Origin: Vitrella brassicaformis CCMP3155
Lineage: Eukaryota; Protista; Chromerida
Assembly: GCA_001179505.1 (NCBI GenBank)
Contig: CDMY01000243.1
Coordinates: 186,001-250,000, forward strand
Length of the DNA stretch: 64,000 bases
Reading direction: 5' to 3'
A program made the translations under genes and the position numbers. The notes below the pieces were generated by a model. It did no database searches, was not told the DNA's origin, and worked only from the letters and a program-made list of their open reading frames with translations. This document shows positions 11,344 to 24,535 of the stretch, piece after piece; the first letter of the stretch is position 1; each line of letters begins with the position of its first letter.

Positions 11344-12837
11344 ATGTCGATTGACCTGTACAGCATCGGAAGTAAGCGAATTGCACACGAAAGAGAGACC
11401 TCACCCATGGGTCTGGGCTCCTTATCTGCAACCTGCCAGCGCCGAATGGGCAGAAGATAACTGTTGCTCTCGAGGAGATGGGCATCCCCTACAAGGAGCA
11501 CCTTGTGCACATCGGCAAGAACGACCAGTTCAAACCGGGTACGGACGAACACCACGGCACCGCCACGCATGCTTTACCACACCACACATGCCTTTCGTTC
11601 TGCCTTTGAATGGTCGGTCGCAGAGTTCCAAGGATCAGTCCCAACAACAAGATCCCCGCCATCGTCGACAACGGTGCACCTGGCGGCCCTCTGTCACTCT
11701 TCGAATCAGGTCTGTGGGCGGGTTGGCGAACTACTTACATGCAGCCAGCGTGTTTGCACATCGGTCGGTCGTGTGCTGCTGTGCTGCAGGCGCCATCCTG
11801 TTGTATCTGGCTGAGAAGAGTGGGAAGTTCATGCCGTCCGACCTGCACAAGAAATACGAGGTCACCCAGTGGCTCATGTGGCAGATGGGAGGCCTCGGTG
11901 GGCGCACATACATCGACACACTGACATACATAGCTGACAGACAGACATAGCTATGCACAGCGAATGTGTCTGTTGGTGTTGGTGGTGTTGGGTGTGTATT
12001 GTGAAGGACCGATGTTGGGCCAGATGGGTCACTTCTGGAAGTAAGTGTGCAACAGACAGACCCACAGACCCACAGACCCACAGACAGACAGACAGACAGA
12101 TGGATGGATGGATGGATTGAACGATACACATTCGTGTGCCTGCGCAGACACGCGGCCAAGAACCAGCCTGAAGAGAAACTCGCCTATGGCCAGGAGGTGA
12201 CCCGTTTGGCACACACAGACACACACACACAGTACGCTCTGACTGGCGCTTTGACTCGTCGCTGCGTCCTCCCTCCCTCCCTGTGTCCCTTTCCGGTCCG
12301 TGCAGCGTTATTTCACCGAGGGCCAGCGGCTGTGGAAGGTGCTCGACACGCAGCTGGAGGGCAAGGAGTACGTATGCGGTGACATCAGGTGAGGCAAGGA
12401 AGATGTGGGGCCGCTGCGGCAGGGGTGGTATTCAAATACACATTTGTACGTGTGTGTGTGTGCCTGCATTGCGTGTGTGCAGCATCGCCGACTTCGCCAT
12501 CTTTCCATGGCTCATGTGAGTGGGTGGGTGGGGTGATGGGGTGATTTGATGGGGACACACATACTGTGTGGCTATCTGCTGTTTGCGCGTGTGGCATGAA
12601 GCTGCGTCGACAAGTTCTACGGCATGGTACCTACCTACCTACATCACACACACGCGACACTGTACACATGGCCGCTTTGTCCATTGCCTTCTACCTGTTG
12701 TGTGTCGCGTGTCGATATACATAATCCATCAGGCTGACAAATTCCTCGAGTACAAGAACGTGCAGGCATACATCGAGCGAATGTGGTCCCGTCCGGCGGT
12801 CAAGAAAGGCATGGCCGCCATGCCCTTCCCGCACTGA
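11344..12837 (+). CDS. Glutathione S-transferase, YfcG/YghU/Ure2-like (nu class), multi-exon
   Basis: Spliced motifs: TPNGQKITVALEEMGIPY, ISPNNKIPAIVD, LFESGAILLYLAEK, QWLMWQMGGLG, SIADFAIFPW, YIERMWSRPAVKKGM. Confidence 0.92.
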
Positions 12838-13641
12838 AGGTGCCTCGTCCATCATATCGAGGGCCATGTGCATTTGATTAGCTCGTTCGGGACAAGTGAG
12901 TAGACTGTTTATCAAGCAAGTGGAGAAGCGGAAAGACAATATCATATATTGTCTCTGGCCGCTCTTTTGTGTGTCTTGGTCTTGGCGAGAGCTGATTTTG
13001 CTTCGGGTGCAAGCAGGCAGGGTGGTTTGTTGTGAAGGAATGAAGACAGCGTGCAAGAAAGGAACACCGAATGGACTGACCTGCACGATAATACGCTTTC
13101 TCATGACGCCATGTCGTGTTTCCCTGTATGGTGTTCTGGCGCATTTGAGCGCATCTTTTTGAGTGTGATGCGTGTGGTGACTCGTCCGTCGATCGAGAGA
13201 ATGAGTGAATAGGCGAATGATTGGTCACATCCCTCACGTCTCTTTGTGCACACACATACGACACACATGCGCACATGCAACGTACGTCAACTCCCTCCCT
13301 CCCTCCCTCCCTCCCTCCCTTGCGCTCCCACATCTCTTCCTTCCTTGTGTGTGGATGCATCTGTCGTGGCGACGGATGCCCGTCTATCTGCTAGATGGAT
13401 ACACACACTCTACGTGGAAACAACAAACTCAGTCAATCCTTTTTCCCTTTATGCACCCTCTTCCCTGCTCCCTAAGTGTACAATTGCACTTCGGCACCAC
13501 ACACTTCAAGCACTTCCAAAAATCGCCTCGCCCCCCCGCACCAAAACCCTCGCCGAAAATAGTCCCCCAGTATTTGGTGGTCACCATGTCTCCCTTACAC
13601 AAAACAATCATGGCACACATGTCCGTCGCATCGGCTTGAAT

Positions 13642-16212
13642 CTATGTCGTGCGTGCTATATTCGGGTGGGCCGACTGTGGGCAAAATTCTAGCAGCGTTA
13701 CGTCTCCATACACGGAAGAAGGCAGGGTACGGAGAAAGAAAAGGACGAGCCAGGGTGAAAAGGAGGCAAATAGGGAAGTACCTACGGCGAACAAGGTCAA
13801 CAGCCTGAACTTTACCACGCCAGGCTCCTCCTCGGCCCGCAGCATGGGCAGATTATGCCAACGGACTTGCACCTATATCACAACAAATACAATCACAACA
13901 AGGAACACACCACTCTCGCTGCTATCATCATGTCTCTCTCACACGACGATACCATGAAAAATACGGTCTCGCATGCCATCTCGATGACCACCAGGAGGCA
14001 CAGCCCACCCAGCCTCTCCAACAGCCGGGACAGCGAGAAGGGAGACAGCAGCTGCTCCATGGATATGAGTGACAGATTGATGACGATCAGTATCAGGCTC
14101 TCTGCCTGGTTGTAGCCGTACTGCTGGTCCCTCAACGCACGAAGATACCTCGGACGAACATCGAATGCAATGAAATTACTCTGGAGGTCGAGAGCCGATT
14201 TCGTCGACCGCATTCGCCTTCCCGCCCGCACCACACTCTGATAGACCTCACTCGACGAGCGTCTCGAGTCCTCACTGCTGACACAACTATACGATGCGGC
14301 TGTCCCCTTCTTGTTCGATGTCACGGTGGCAATCGTCTTGTTGCTGCGCAAGTCAGCGACATGCGCAATATGGCGATCGCGGTCAGCGTTTGGGCAGCGT
14401 GTCTTGCGTGTCGGCTTGGTCGATTGGCCGTTACATGTTCTCGTGAGCCAGCGGGCGACGTTGGCGTGGAGGATGTCAGCATAGGGCACCGCCAGATCGC
14501 CAATGAGGTCGTAGAAGGCGAACAGCAGAGACGACATGATTTTGCTGCTCAGGGCAGCCATTTCAGCCTGTATAAAGAACAAGAAGACACGCAACAATAC
14601 GAAAACGCCGATGCCAGATTGCCATCTCATTGCTGCTGACCTGTAGTAGGCGCGGAGCAACACAGCATCCCAAAACCTGAAATGTGTCGATGTGCCAATG
14701 TGTCACTCTGTGGGTATCATGTGTAGCGCGTACGAGATAATGGGCAGCAGCATGATTGTACAGCGGCGGCCCATCCCGCATTTTTCGCACAGTCCCATTC
14801 ACCAGTGCCACCAGCGGCCAGAAACTCATGAGACATGTGAACGCCACTCGGGTTCTCTCGGTGTCTGTCGCCGCCCTCTCGCCTCTTGGGCCGAAGATAG
14901 CAACCCATAAAAACACGCCAGCTGAGGAGACGCTGAACACGAATATCAGTTGGAGGGTGTGAAGCCACGGTCTCTTGATCACTGAGGGTGTCTCTCTCGC
15001 CAGCTGGCGAAACCTGGTGCAAGAGAGAACAAAGGGCATGTACGGATACACAAATGTTTGAGCTCGCATGCGGGTTGGAGCATACAAGGTTAGTGGGATT
15101 AGAACGATGTAGCATATATGCTCGAACCTGACGAGAAACCAAAGATTTGTCTTCAGGCTTGCTCTCAAGATGCCTTTGTGTCTTTCTCACCCCCAAAGGG
15201 CCACGGCATAGGGCCACAATCCGGGCACGACAAAGAGGCGGGTGAAGGCAACGCGGGCGATTGCAGGGAGGAGAAAGTAGAACCACGTCTTTTTGAATCG
15301 GCTGAATAATTTACTTCCTTGGTGTCCCTCAGCGATCGCCAGGAGGTACACGACGAGGACCGAGAAGGTAATCGTATTCCGTACATAATCATACGCGATG
15401 ACTAGTGATGCCCTCTCGGATTTGCAGGTGTGCCAGAAGGCAAGCGGCCAGACAACCTGCACACGCACAATATAGATTGGAACAGGTTTCCTTCAAGCCT
15501 TCCGTTTTCTCTTGCAGCAGAGCCCACCATTGGCAAGGCCAGGACAAATGCATATAACACCTGCAGCACGACCGCACGGATGGCGCGCTGTAGTGACCGC
15601 ATGAAAGGCTCAGGCGAAAAACGAGTGCCAATCAGCACCTCCCGCACTTGAGTTGTCTGTCCGTCATCCATCACTCCTGGCTCGTAGACGAGGTGCGATT
15701 CGAACTCCTCAAAGGCAGCCGGGTATCCTGAATAAATGAAACATAAACGGGTTGGCGGATCAGAGGGATGCTGGGTGCCCTTCAACCCGTTCACTCTACC
15801 TACCGGCAGCCTTCTCAAACTCCGTTTTCATCGCCTGGATGGCCATCTCCTCGGCCCTGACTGGTGGCCCTTGCGCCCCCTCCTCATCGATGTCCGGCAG
15901 ATGAGTGCTCATCGACTGTGACGCCGCATGACGACAGGCGCCCCGGAAGCCATCAGTTTGACACGAAGGATTTGTCTCTTGTTGTTGAAGACCAAGGTCC
16001 ACGAGGCACTCGCTGCTGTGGATCTCTTCGCTGCGGATCTCTTCGCTAAGCGCCTCTTCGTTGGCGAGCTCTTGGGGCCTTCCCTGCTGCCCGTCCAGTT
16101 GTGTCACATGCGTATTCTCACAGCTGGGGCCGACGACGGAGGTGTGTTCGTCCAGCCGGAGAGCACATTGACGCCCCTCACCACCCTTAGTTGGCTGCGA
16201 CAGTGCCTCCAT
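13642..16212 (-). CDS. Hypothetical multi-pass membrane protein (multi-exon, boundaries approximate)
   Basis: A chain of minus-strand ORFs carries many hydrophobic helices (AVVLQVLYAFVLALPMVG; TITFSVLVVYLLAIA; LQLIFVFSVSSAGVFLWVAIF; GIGVFVLLRVFLFFI; LLTLFAVGTSLFASFSPWLVLFF) after an acidic N-terminus. No family recognised. Confidence 0.55.
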
Positions 16213-16540
16213 GAGCCATCGTTCATGTCGTCGTTTCCGCGGCTGACGACTGGGCCTGCGCCATCACCGTTGGGTGGAACAACACACAAAGGATGTCCCC
16301 CGTTCTCCCGCCGAGAATGGTGGACCCTTTTTGAGCTCGCGATCCGACTCCCTCTCTTGCATAGATTGAAAGCATCCCAAATGGCTCTCAGGCGTCCGTC
16401 AGACATGCAAACACATGACAGGGGTGGTCAACATGATGGCACAGTCGCCTAGGCCTCTGCAAACCTTGCATGCGCCATGCACGAAAGGAAACAATGTATG
16501 TCTGTGTACACTCAAAAGCCAATGAACTGAACATAGGGCA

Positions 16541-19500
16541 TCAAACCTGCAATAACGTCTGAATGCTCTTTCTCGGTGAAGCACTAGTCCGGCTCCTGCC
16601 ACGACCACTGGTTGCGAACCATCTCACCTCTCTCCCTCCCCTCTCTCTCTCCATGCACCGATACTGGTGTTGGCTCATGTGTTGATCTGCAGCCTCCTGC
16701 AGCACTGTGAGGGTCGACTCGAGCCGTTGTAGGTGGATTGGATCCACTGAGGACCTCCGCTGGGTGAGGAACGCTGCCGTCTCGGTGAAGAAAGCTTTGT
16801 GCGGAACTGGGTGGGATATGGTGGAGAGGTAGTCGAGGAGGCACTCCACAGCTGTCAAGTCCAGCTTCGACATGGAACTGTGGAACACAGCCAACGAGAC
16901 GACGTACCATCCATGGTCGTCTGTCAAATATGCGCAGTCCGACGCTGCTTACCCAGGGCGTGAAAAGCTTGCCGTGAGAGCGTCGAGAAAGGCCGCTGGC
17001 CCGTACCTGAGAGATTGCAGCCCTCTCGCTATCATCGTCAGCCTCCGGGGCCCACACTCCCCCAGCTTCTCAGCCAACACGAGCACCAACGCCGACAGCA
17101 GCCCCTCGTGGTGAAACCGCATCTGGCCCAGTGCAAGGACCATTTGTGCCAACTGGTGGGTGCCGTACTCCTCCAACCGACACTGGTTGCGGCTTCCACC
17201 GCTCAGGAACTCGGCAATGCGCTCGAGGAAAGAGAGGCTGCGAAACTGCATGGCCGCCAGCGCTCGGAGTAGACATGCAATGTCGACCGGCGTGAGTGTG
17301 TGAAGGATCCGTGGGTGGCTGAGGGCTGCGAGGGCTCGTTGGCAGAAGTGAGGGTCGATGTGGGCCTCTGACATGCTGTACAGGATCACGCTGAGGCTGT
17401 TGCCCTGGATTGGCTCCATATCTTGCTCAGGTAGCGCATAGAGAGGACTGGTGTGGGGATGAGGCGGGGCTGATGGGATGGATCCGTCGAGAAACACCTC
17501 GGTGTCGTCTCGCGGCGGCCTCCTTGGCTCAGGGAGGTCTTCCCGGACGACACCGATCTCCTCCCCTTGCATGAGCCACACCTCTTCGTCCTCTGTCTCC
17601 TCATCGTCTTCCGAGCAGACTTGATTCTCTCCCATCTCATCACGTGCCGCGTCGCGGTGAGTCATCCCCACCCCACTGGCCCATAGTGCCTCCCCATCCA
17701 CCCACTCAGCATATCGCTCAACCGCCTGCTGCCGATCCGACGGCGGCTGAAGCCGACCACTCTGTCCGTGCAGCGAAGGTGGGTCCAGCGCCGGCAGTCT
17801 GTCCAATACCTCGTCGCTGATTGCCCGCCAGATGTTTGGGAACAGCGGACGGCGTCTGTGGCCATAGTTGCCCGAGCTGCCCTTGGCCACCGCGTATGCC
17901 AAGTTGGCGAGTGCCTGATCCGAATAGTGACTCAGCGAGAGGGGAGGGAGAGCCGTGCCGTAGGGGCTGTGATGCGATGACGATGTGCTGTGTGCGAGGG
18001 CCTGGTCGATGGTGGCTAGAAGTGGCTGCACGGGGCAGCGGAACTTGGTGAGGGATAGCAGGATGGATGTGAGGGCCCGGGGGTCGATGTGGTCTCCGCG
18101 GTACAGGCATCGCTCAACCATGTCGTTTGTCACTGCAAACACATCACAGTAACGATGGATGAATCGAGGCACCCTTTCGAGATCAAGATCTCGTTCTCTA
18201 CACACCTTCCAATATGCTGTCGTCGCGCCACCTGACCTCCAGCAGCCCCGTGAGGACCATCGTGAGCTCCTGCAAGCCCACGTCTGCCTCACCGTACCCA
18301 CCGGCCAGCGATGTGCCGGTCTGCTCGAGCCACTCCAGCACCTCGCCTCCCTCCTCTTGCTGGACACACACACACACACACACACAAAGACAGTGAAAAC
18401 AGAACACACACAAGTATTTATTCATCGAACGTCAGTCTCACCGTGGCCTGGAAGAGCTTCTCANNNNNNNNNNNNNNNNNNNNNNNNNNNNNNNNNNNNN
18501 NNNNNNNNNNNNNNNNNNNNNNNNNNNNNNNNNNNNNNNNNNNNNNNNNNNNNNNNNNNNNNNNNNNNNNNNNNNNNNNNNNNNNNNNNNNNNNNNNNNN
18601 NNNNNNNNNNNNNNNNNNNNNNNNNNNNNNNNNNNNNNNNNNNNNNNNNNNNNNNNNNNNNNNNNNNNNNNNNNNNNNNNNNNNNNNNNNNNNNNNNNNN
18701 NNNNNNNNNNNNNNNNNNNNNNNNNNNNNNNNNNNNNNNNNNNNNNNNNNNNNNNNNNNNNNNACCGTTGCCTGGAAGAGGTTCTCAGGTGCGATTCGCA
18801 GCCGCCCGTAGCCCCAGATGAGACAGCTCAGGTCTCTGGATGACATCAGTGGCACCGACTCGCCAACCAGCTCTGCCATCTCCCTCAAACCCTTGACCAT
18901 CCTCTTCCTCAGACTGGCTCCCTTGCCCAGCATCTTGGACAGATTGAACACCAGGTCCGCACATGCCAGCAACAGAAAGGCCACCGGATAGCCGCCTTGG
19001 GTGCCTTTCAGTCCATCCGCGCTCCTAGCCTTTCGCAGCTCGCCGGTGAGGCGCGTCATGACGGCATGAAAGAAATCCTCATCCATGACGCGGAATAAGG
19101 CGCTTGTGCGGAGGAGCTCCATGGCCGCATGAAGGCCGAGGCTGCCCTGGCCCACAAGTGGCGCTGCCTTGGCTACGACGATGCGCAGGAGAGGGTCGGA
19201 TTGATAACCAAGGTGCTGCAGGCGCTTGAAGAAACCCAAGATGGCTTCATCGTCGTGATGCCCCTCTCTCTGCTGCCGCTTCCTCCGGTGCTGGGAGTCC
19301 TGGTGGACGACGCTGTCCGTGATGGCCACGGCCCATTTGTTGAGCAGCTGTCGACGGAGATGCACGTTTTGGCGGTCAAGCGCCGCCACAATCTCGTTCA
19401 GCTGTCGCCAGTCGACCACGGTCATATCGCCAGCCGTCATCGGCAGGCCCCTCACCATTAGTGCCTCCTCGACGCAAGACAGCACGGCCCTTGTAAGACG

Positions 19501-20049
19501 CTCATCCAGTGGAAGCGCCGCTAGAGTGTTCACAAGCTCTGTGAGCTCCTGATAACTCATGGCGTCGATAAGATGGTGGCCCTCGTGGACGAGATGGGCG
19601 AGGCATTGATGGGCAGCGTGTTGCACTGAGGGCCTCCAGCGGTGCTGCCGGAAGAGCCTCAGCAAAGCGAGAAGGGAAGTCGGCGGCAACAGGTGGAGAC
19701 CGGCCTGCGGCGGCAAAGCTGCAATGGCCTCGACGGTGGCTGGATGCAGGTGAGCCCGCCTCTCCAACAAACTGACGAGCGATGGATCAGTCCACGAGTC
19801 GAAAGCCGTCACAGGTGCTGGTAGCGAAACAAGTGAACTCTCGTCATCTCCTCCCCGGAGAGCCCCATGTGCCAGATCTGCATCGGATGCTGCCCGGCGG
19901 AGGTCAATCGCTGGCGCATAGCCGTTGATTGCGCGTGTGGAGGCTGGGACGGGCAGAGGGAAGGGAGCCGAGGGATGGAGCCAGAGAAAGAGCAGGATGG
20001 ACAAAATTGGAAGAGATCTTGAAACGGTTGAAACGTCGCTGCCTCTCAT
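16541..20049 (-). CDS. Helical-repeat protein (OPR/HPR/FASTK-RAP-like) with a signal-peptide leader; interrupted by a gap
   Basis: The N-terminus reads LPILSILLFLWLHPSAPF. Degenerate helical repeats include LSCLIWGYGRLR, LANLAYAVAK, IACLLRALAAMQFRS and LAQMVLALGQMRFHH. Long exons at 18764-20049 and ~16949-18190. Confidence 0.6.
18464..18763. other. Assembly gap (300 N) with near-duplicate 24-bp flanks
   Basis: Left flank accgtggcctggaagagcttctca vs right flank accgttgcctggaagaggttctca. Confidence 0.99.
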
Positions 20050-20157
20050 TCACTCACGTCGGAGAAACATGCCAGACAATTTGTCCTAGGGTTTCGTAGG
20101 GGTGTAGGGTTCGGCCTCACGGAAACCTATCAGCACACGGGGCTGCAGATAGATCTG

Positions 20158-20640
20158 ATGAGTTTCATCGACAAGCTCGTCATGCCTGGCATTGTGGTAA
20201 GCATCTACACGTAACCCGAGAAGCCATCCTCAGAATGGAGCGCCTGTTTGTGTGTGCAGCCGGTGGTCAAGGCCCGTGTGATGTCGATGCCCCTGCCTGC
20301 GCCGGTCAAGAGCTTCCTGGACCACCCCGCAGGCCCCTTCACCATCCACTTCTGGGCGCCCACCTTCAAGTGGGCCATCTCCATCGCCAACCTCATGGAC
20401 ATCAACCGGCCCGTCGACAAGATGTCGGTCGCCCAGCAGACGGCCGTCGCCGCCACGGGCGTCATCTGGTGCCGCTACTCGATGGTCATCATCCCCGTCA
20501 ACTGGAACCTCTTCTCGGTCAACCTGGCGATGGGCTCCAGCGGCAGCTATCAGCTCTATCGCATCATCAAGTGGAAGTACTTTGGCGGAGAGGCGGCAGA
20601 TGGGGCCAAGGCCAAAGAGGAGGCGGAGGGTGGCAAGTGA
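20158..20640 (+). CDS. MPC2: Mitochondrial pyruvate carrier subunit (MPC2-like), 2 exons
   Basis: MSFIDKLVMPGIV|PVVKARV...HPAGPFTIHFWAPTFKWAISIANLMDINRPVDKMSVAQQTAVAATGVIWCRYSMVIIPVNWNLFSVN. Confidence 0.92.
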
Positions 20641-22235
20641 TGGGGGAGGGAGCGTAGCGGCTGGCTGAGGTGCCTTTTTTCCAGCGGCTGCCTGTCTGCC
20701 TGTCTGTCTGTCTGCCTGTGTGTGGGTTGACGCGAGGTAGATGAGGCTGGGGCAGACGAGAGACGACCAGGGTGACGTGGTGTGTTGTGTGTGTGATAAG
20801 TTTAGAGTTGTAGGTGTAGACGCTGCATTCTGTTGGCTGGACACGATGGCGGCGCGAATGCGATGTGTGTGTAAACAACCACTCATCAAAGGCCTTTTGC
20901 GCGGGCATGTGAAGTCTGTCGGTATGGTCATTCACCCATACGTATCCCCAGGTATGTATGCCATCCATTCATCTGTTCGGTTGATTCCTGACGAGGGATG
21001 CAGTCTCCTCATGCCCTCATCCCTCACGGGATGGGTTCCATCTCCAGTACAGTCGTCCACTCCACACGTGCACACACACATGCAAACACCAGAGCACAAC
21101 TAGCCCTCTTCTGTACACTGTACACCCACCCACCCCACGTATGCGTTCGATTGTCCAGACAGACAAGACACGCAAGGACAGCCCACGCACTCGCACCCTT
21201 GTCACTGCTCACGGCATCTACACCACACCACACCCAGCCCAGCTATCCGCACCACTCGAGGCACATCTTGATGAGAACGCTCAGAGTCGCATCGGTGGCG
21301 CCGCTGATGTTGGACATTCTGTTGGACGGCCCCTCAGATCATCCAGCATCAGCAACGGTAATGCCACGACTTTGTGCGTCCTACCCTACGGACGCCCCGC
21401 AGGGGGAGGGGTGTGGTGCCGGTGTGGGGCGTGCGGGAGCTGTCACCACAGCTGCACATGTGACGGCGACTGTACGTGACTGGTAAGTCGTGATGGTGGT
21501 GTTGGTGCTCGGCGGGCATGTGTGGAGGGGCATTCCTGGACGAAGAACAGGCGCTCGAACGCCACCCGAACGCCACTCAGTGTCAAGTCATGCCTCGACA
21601 CCCATGCCCACCGGACGCTCCCATCACTCCCCACCACGGATACAACGCCTGAGTGACGGGCGAAACAAACGACATAAACATGCAAACGATGAAGCAGCCG
21701 AGGGAATGAAGTGACTGTTTGTGCTTGCTCGTGTCGTCCTCACCTCAAGTGTGTCGCGTTCGTTCGTTGGATTCTCTGCCATCCGGGTGCTTAGGCAAGC
21801 AGGCAGGCAGGCAGGCGACTAGAAAGAGACCGACAAATGCGTGGACGCGTCGCAAGTTGCATATGCAGCCTGACTGCAAAAGTGTAAGTGTGTGTGTGTG
21901 TGTGTGCGTGTGTGTCTTCCTCGCCCTTTCTTTGCGGGCGGCGCGGCTCACCGTCCGTCCTCAGATCATCAGAAAAAGCATCTCCCAGGAAGAAAGATCT
22001 GGAGCTCCGCAAGCTACAGGATGACTGCCCGCACAAACATGCAGCGTCCAGGCGGCAGATCTGAATCATTCAAACGCATCTCAGGCTGCGTTGACGCCTG
22101 AGCTCGCAGAAAGAGAAGCGGGGAAAAAAGGGGAGAAGCTAGAGCATCTGAAGCCCTTCGGCGAGCCGATTGGCTGCCCCATCTTGATCTCCGCCTTCCC
22201 TTCTCTCCGCCCCACCTGACTGACCGCCATCCGCC

Positions 22236-23281
22236 ATGGCAGGTGTGGACGCGCAGGTCAAAGCCATCACGCGCGACTACAAGGTGGCCCCCCGGCTCGA
22301 CTACAAGACGGTGGCCGGCGTGCAGGGCCCGCTCGTCATCCTCAATGACGTCAAATTCCCAAAGTTCGCCGAGATCGTGTCGCTCGAGCTGGCGGACGGC
22401 ACCATACGGCAGGGGCAGGTGCTCGAGATCAATGGCAAAAAGGCCGTCGTCCAGGTGGGCCGCTGGGCGGGGCCTCTGGGCGAACACATACACACGACAC
22501 ACGCGCGCATGTGGCCATCTTTGTGTGTGTGGTTGTCATGCTGTCATGTTAATCAAGGTGTTTGAGGGCACGACGGGCATCGACAACAAGAATTGCCGTG
22601 TGGAGTTCACGGGAGACATCATGAAGATGCCCGTGTCGGAGGAGATGCTCGGCCGGGCCTTCAACGGCTCGGGCAAGCCCATCGACGGGGGACCCGTGGT
22701 GCTCGCCGAAGACTTCTTGTCCATCAATGTGCGACCACAACACAGCACAACACAGCACAACACAACACAGCACAGAAGGCGTCATGCCATCAGCTGGCGT
22801 GGAGCGTGTGGTGCTCACTCACTTGCTCGTTCTCTGCGTGTCTGTGTGTGTGTGTGTGTTGTGCAGGGTGAGCCGATCAACCCCTTCAGCCGCGTCTACC
22901 CCGAGGAGATGATTCAGACCGGTGAGTCGGTCAGGGAGTCGACAGCCACACTCTGACAGACACGTTTTGTGTTGCATGCACCAGGCATATCCACGATCGA
23001 CGTCATGAACACGGTGGTGCGCGGCCAGAAGATCCCCCTCTTCTCGGCCGCTGGACTGCCACACAACGAAATCGGTACGCACGGGAGAGAGAGAGGGACA
23101 GACAGGCACCACACGCACAACGCGCTTCCGCACACTCATCGTCTTGATGTGTCCGGCCATCCTCTGTGTATGTGTGTGTGTCAGCTTCCCAGATATGCCG
23201 TCAGGCGTGTCTGGTCAAGGTCAGCAGGGAGCCGGCGACACTCCACACAACACACCCGCACAGGCATACGTAGAATGCGGG

Positions 23282-23315
<34 letters not shown>

Positions 23316-23483
23316 AATGCAGCACGGCGACAAGAAGGACGAGAGTGAGGAGAGTTTCGCCATTGTGTTTGCGGCCATGGGTATCAACATGGAAACGGCC
23401 CGCTTCTTCAGACAGGACTTCGAACAGAACGGATCCATGGTCACCACAACACACTACACAAAGAGGGAGGCGCGCTGACTCCC

Positions 23484-23520
<37 letters not shown>

Positions 23521-24503
23521 TGTGTGTGTGTGTGCAGGAGAACGTGGTGCTCTTCATGAACCTCGCCAACGACCCCACCATCGAGCGCATCATCACACCC
23601 AGACTGGCACTCACAACTGCTGAGTCAGCCACACAAACACACCCACCCACCCACCCACCCACACCCACACACACACAGCCGCCACAGTGCACCCATCACG
23701 TGTATGGTATGTGTGTGTGATCATGTCAGGTATCTGGCGTTCGAGCGCGAGAAGCACGTGCTGGTCATCATGACGGACATGTCGTCGTACGCGGATGCCC
23801 TGCGCGAGGTGTCGGCTGCGCGTGAGGAGGTGCCGGGTCGCCGCGGGTACCCCGGCTACATGTACACGGACCTGTCGACGCTGTACGAGCGTGCGGGCCG
23901 GGTGGAGGGCAAGTCGGGGAGTGTCACGCAGTTCCCCATCCTCACCATGCCCAACGACGACATCACTCACCCTATTCCAGACCTCACGGGGTACGTTAGC
24001 TTGGGTTGGTGGGGGGNNNNNNNNNNNNNNNNNNNNNNNNNNNNNNNNNNNNNNNNNNNNNNNNNNNNNNNNNNNNNNNNNNNNNNNNNNNNNNNNNNNN
24101 NNNNNNNNNNNNNNNNNNNNNNNNNNNNNNNNNNNNNNNNNNNNNNNNNNNNNNNNNNNNNNNNNNNNNNNNNNNNNNNNNNNNNNNNNNNNNNNNNNNN
24201 NNNNNNNNNNNNNNNNNNNNNNNNNNNNNNNNNNNNNNNNNNNNNNNNNNNNNNNNNNNNNNNNNNNNNNNNNNNNNNNNNNNNNNNNNNNNNNNNNNNN
24301 NNNNNNNNNNNNNNNNGGGGCTGAGAGAGGCAGGGACAGACTGTACGCCCGTGCCCTCTGGATTTGTTTGTTTCTCTGTCTGTTCAGCTACATCACTGAG
24401 GGTCAGATTTTCGTCGACCGTGCGCTCCACAACCGACAGGTCAGCCGGCTTAGCTTAGCCGGGGGATGATGCACCTCTGACGTGTGTGTACCGTACCACA
24501 GAC

Positions 24504-24535
<32 letters not shown>

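Noticed and set aside
10593-11570. Long antisense or off-frame ORFs (e.g. 10593-11570, 32639-33715, 49525-50259) and ORFs running through N gaps
   Set aside because: These are shadows of GC-rich coding exons, translations of CA/GT repeats (HTHT, CVCV), or artefacts of N translation.
21141-21479. ORF with a Cys-rich, metallothionein-like tail (CRCGACGSCHHSCTCDGDCT)
   Set aside because: TG-rich DNA generates Cys-rich frames by chance here, and there is no splice or homology support.
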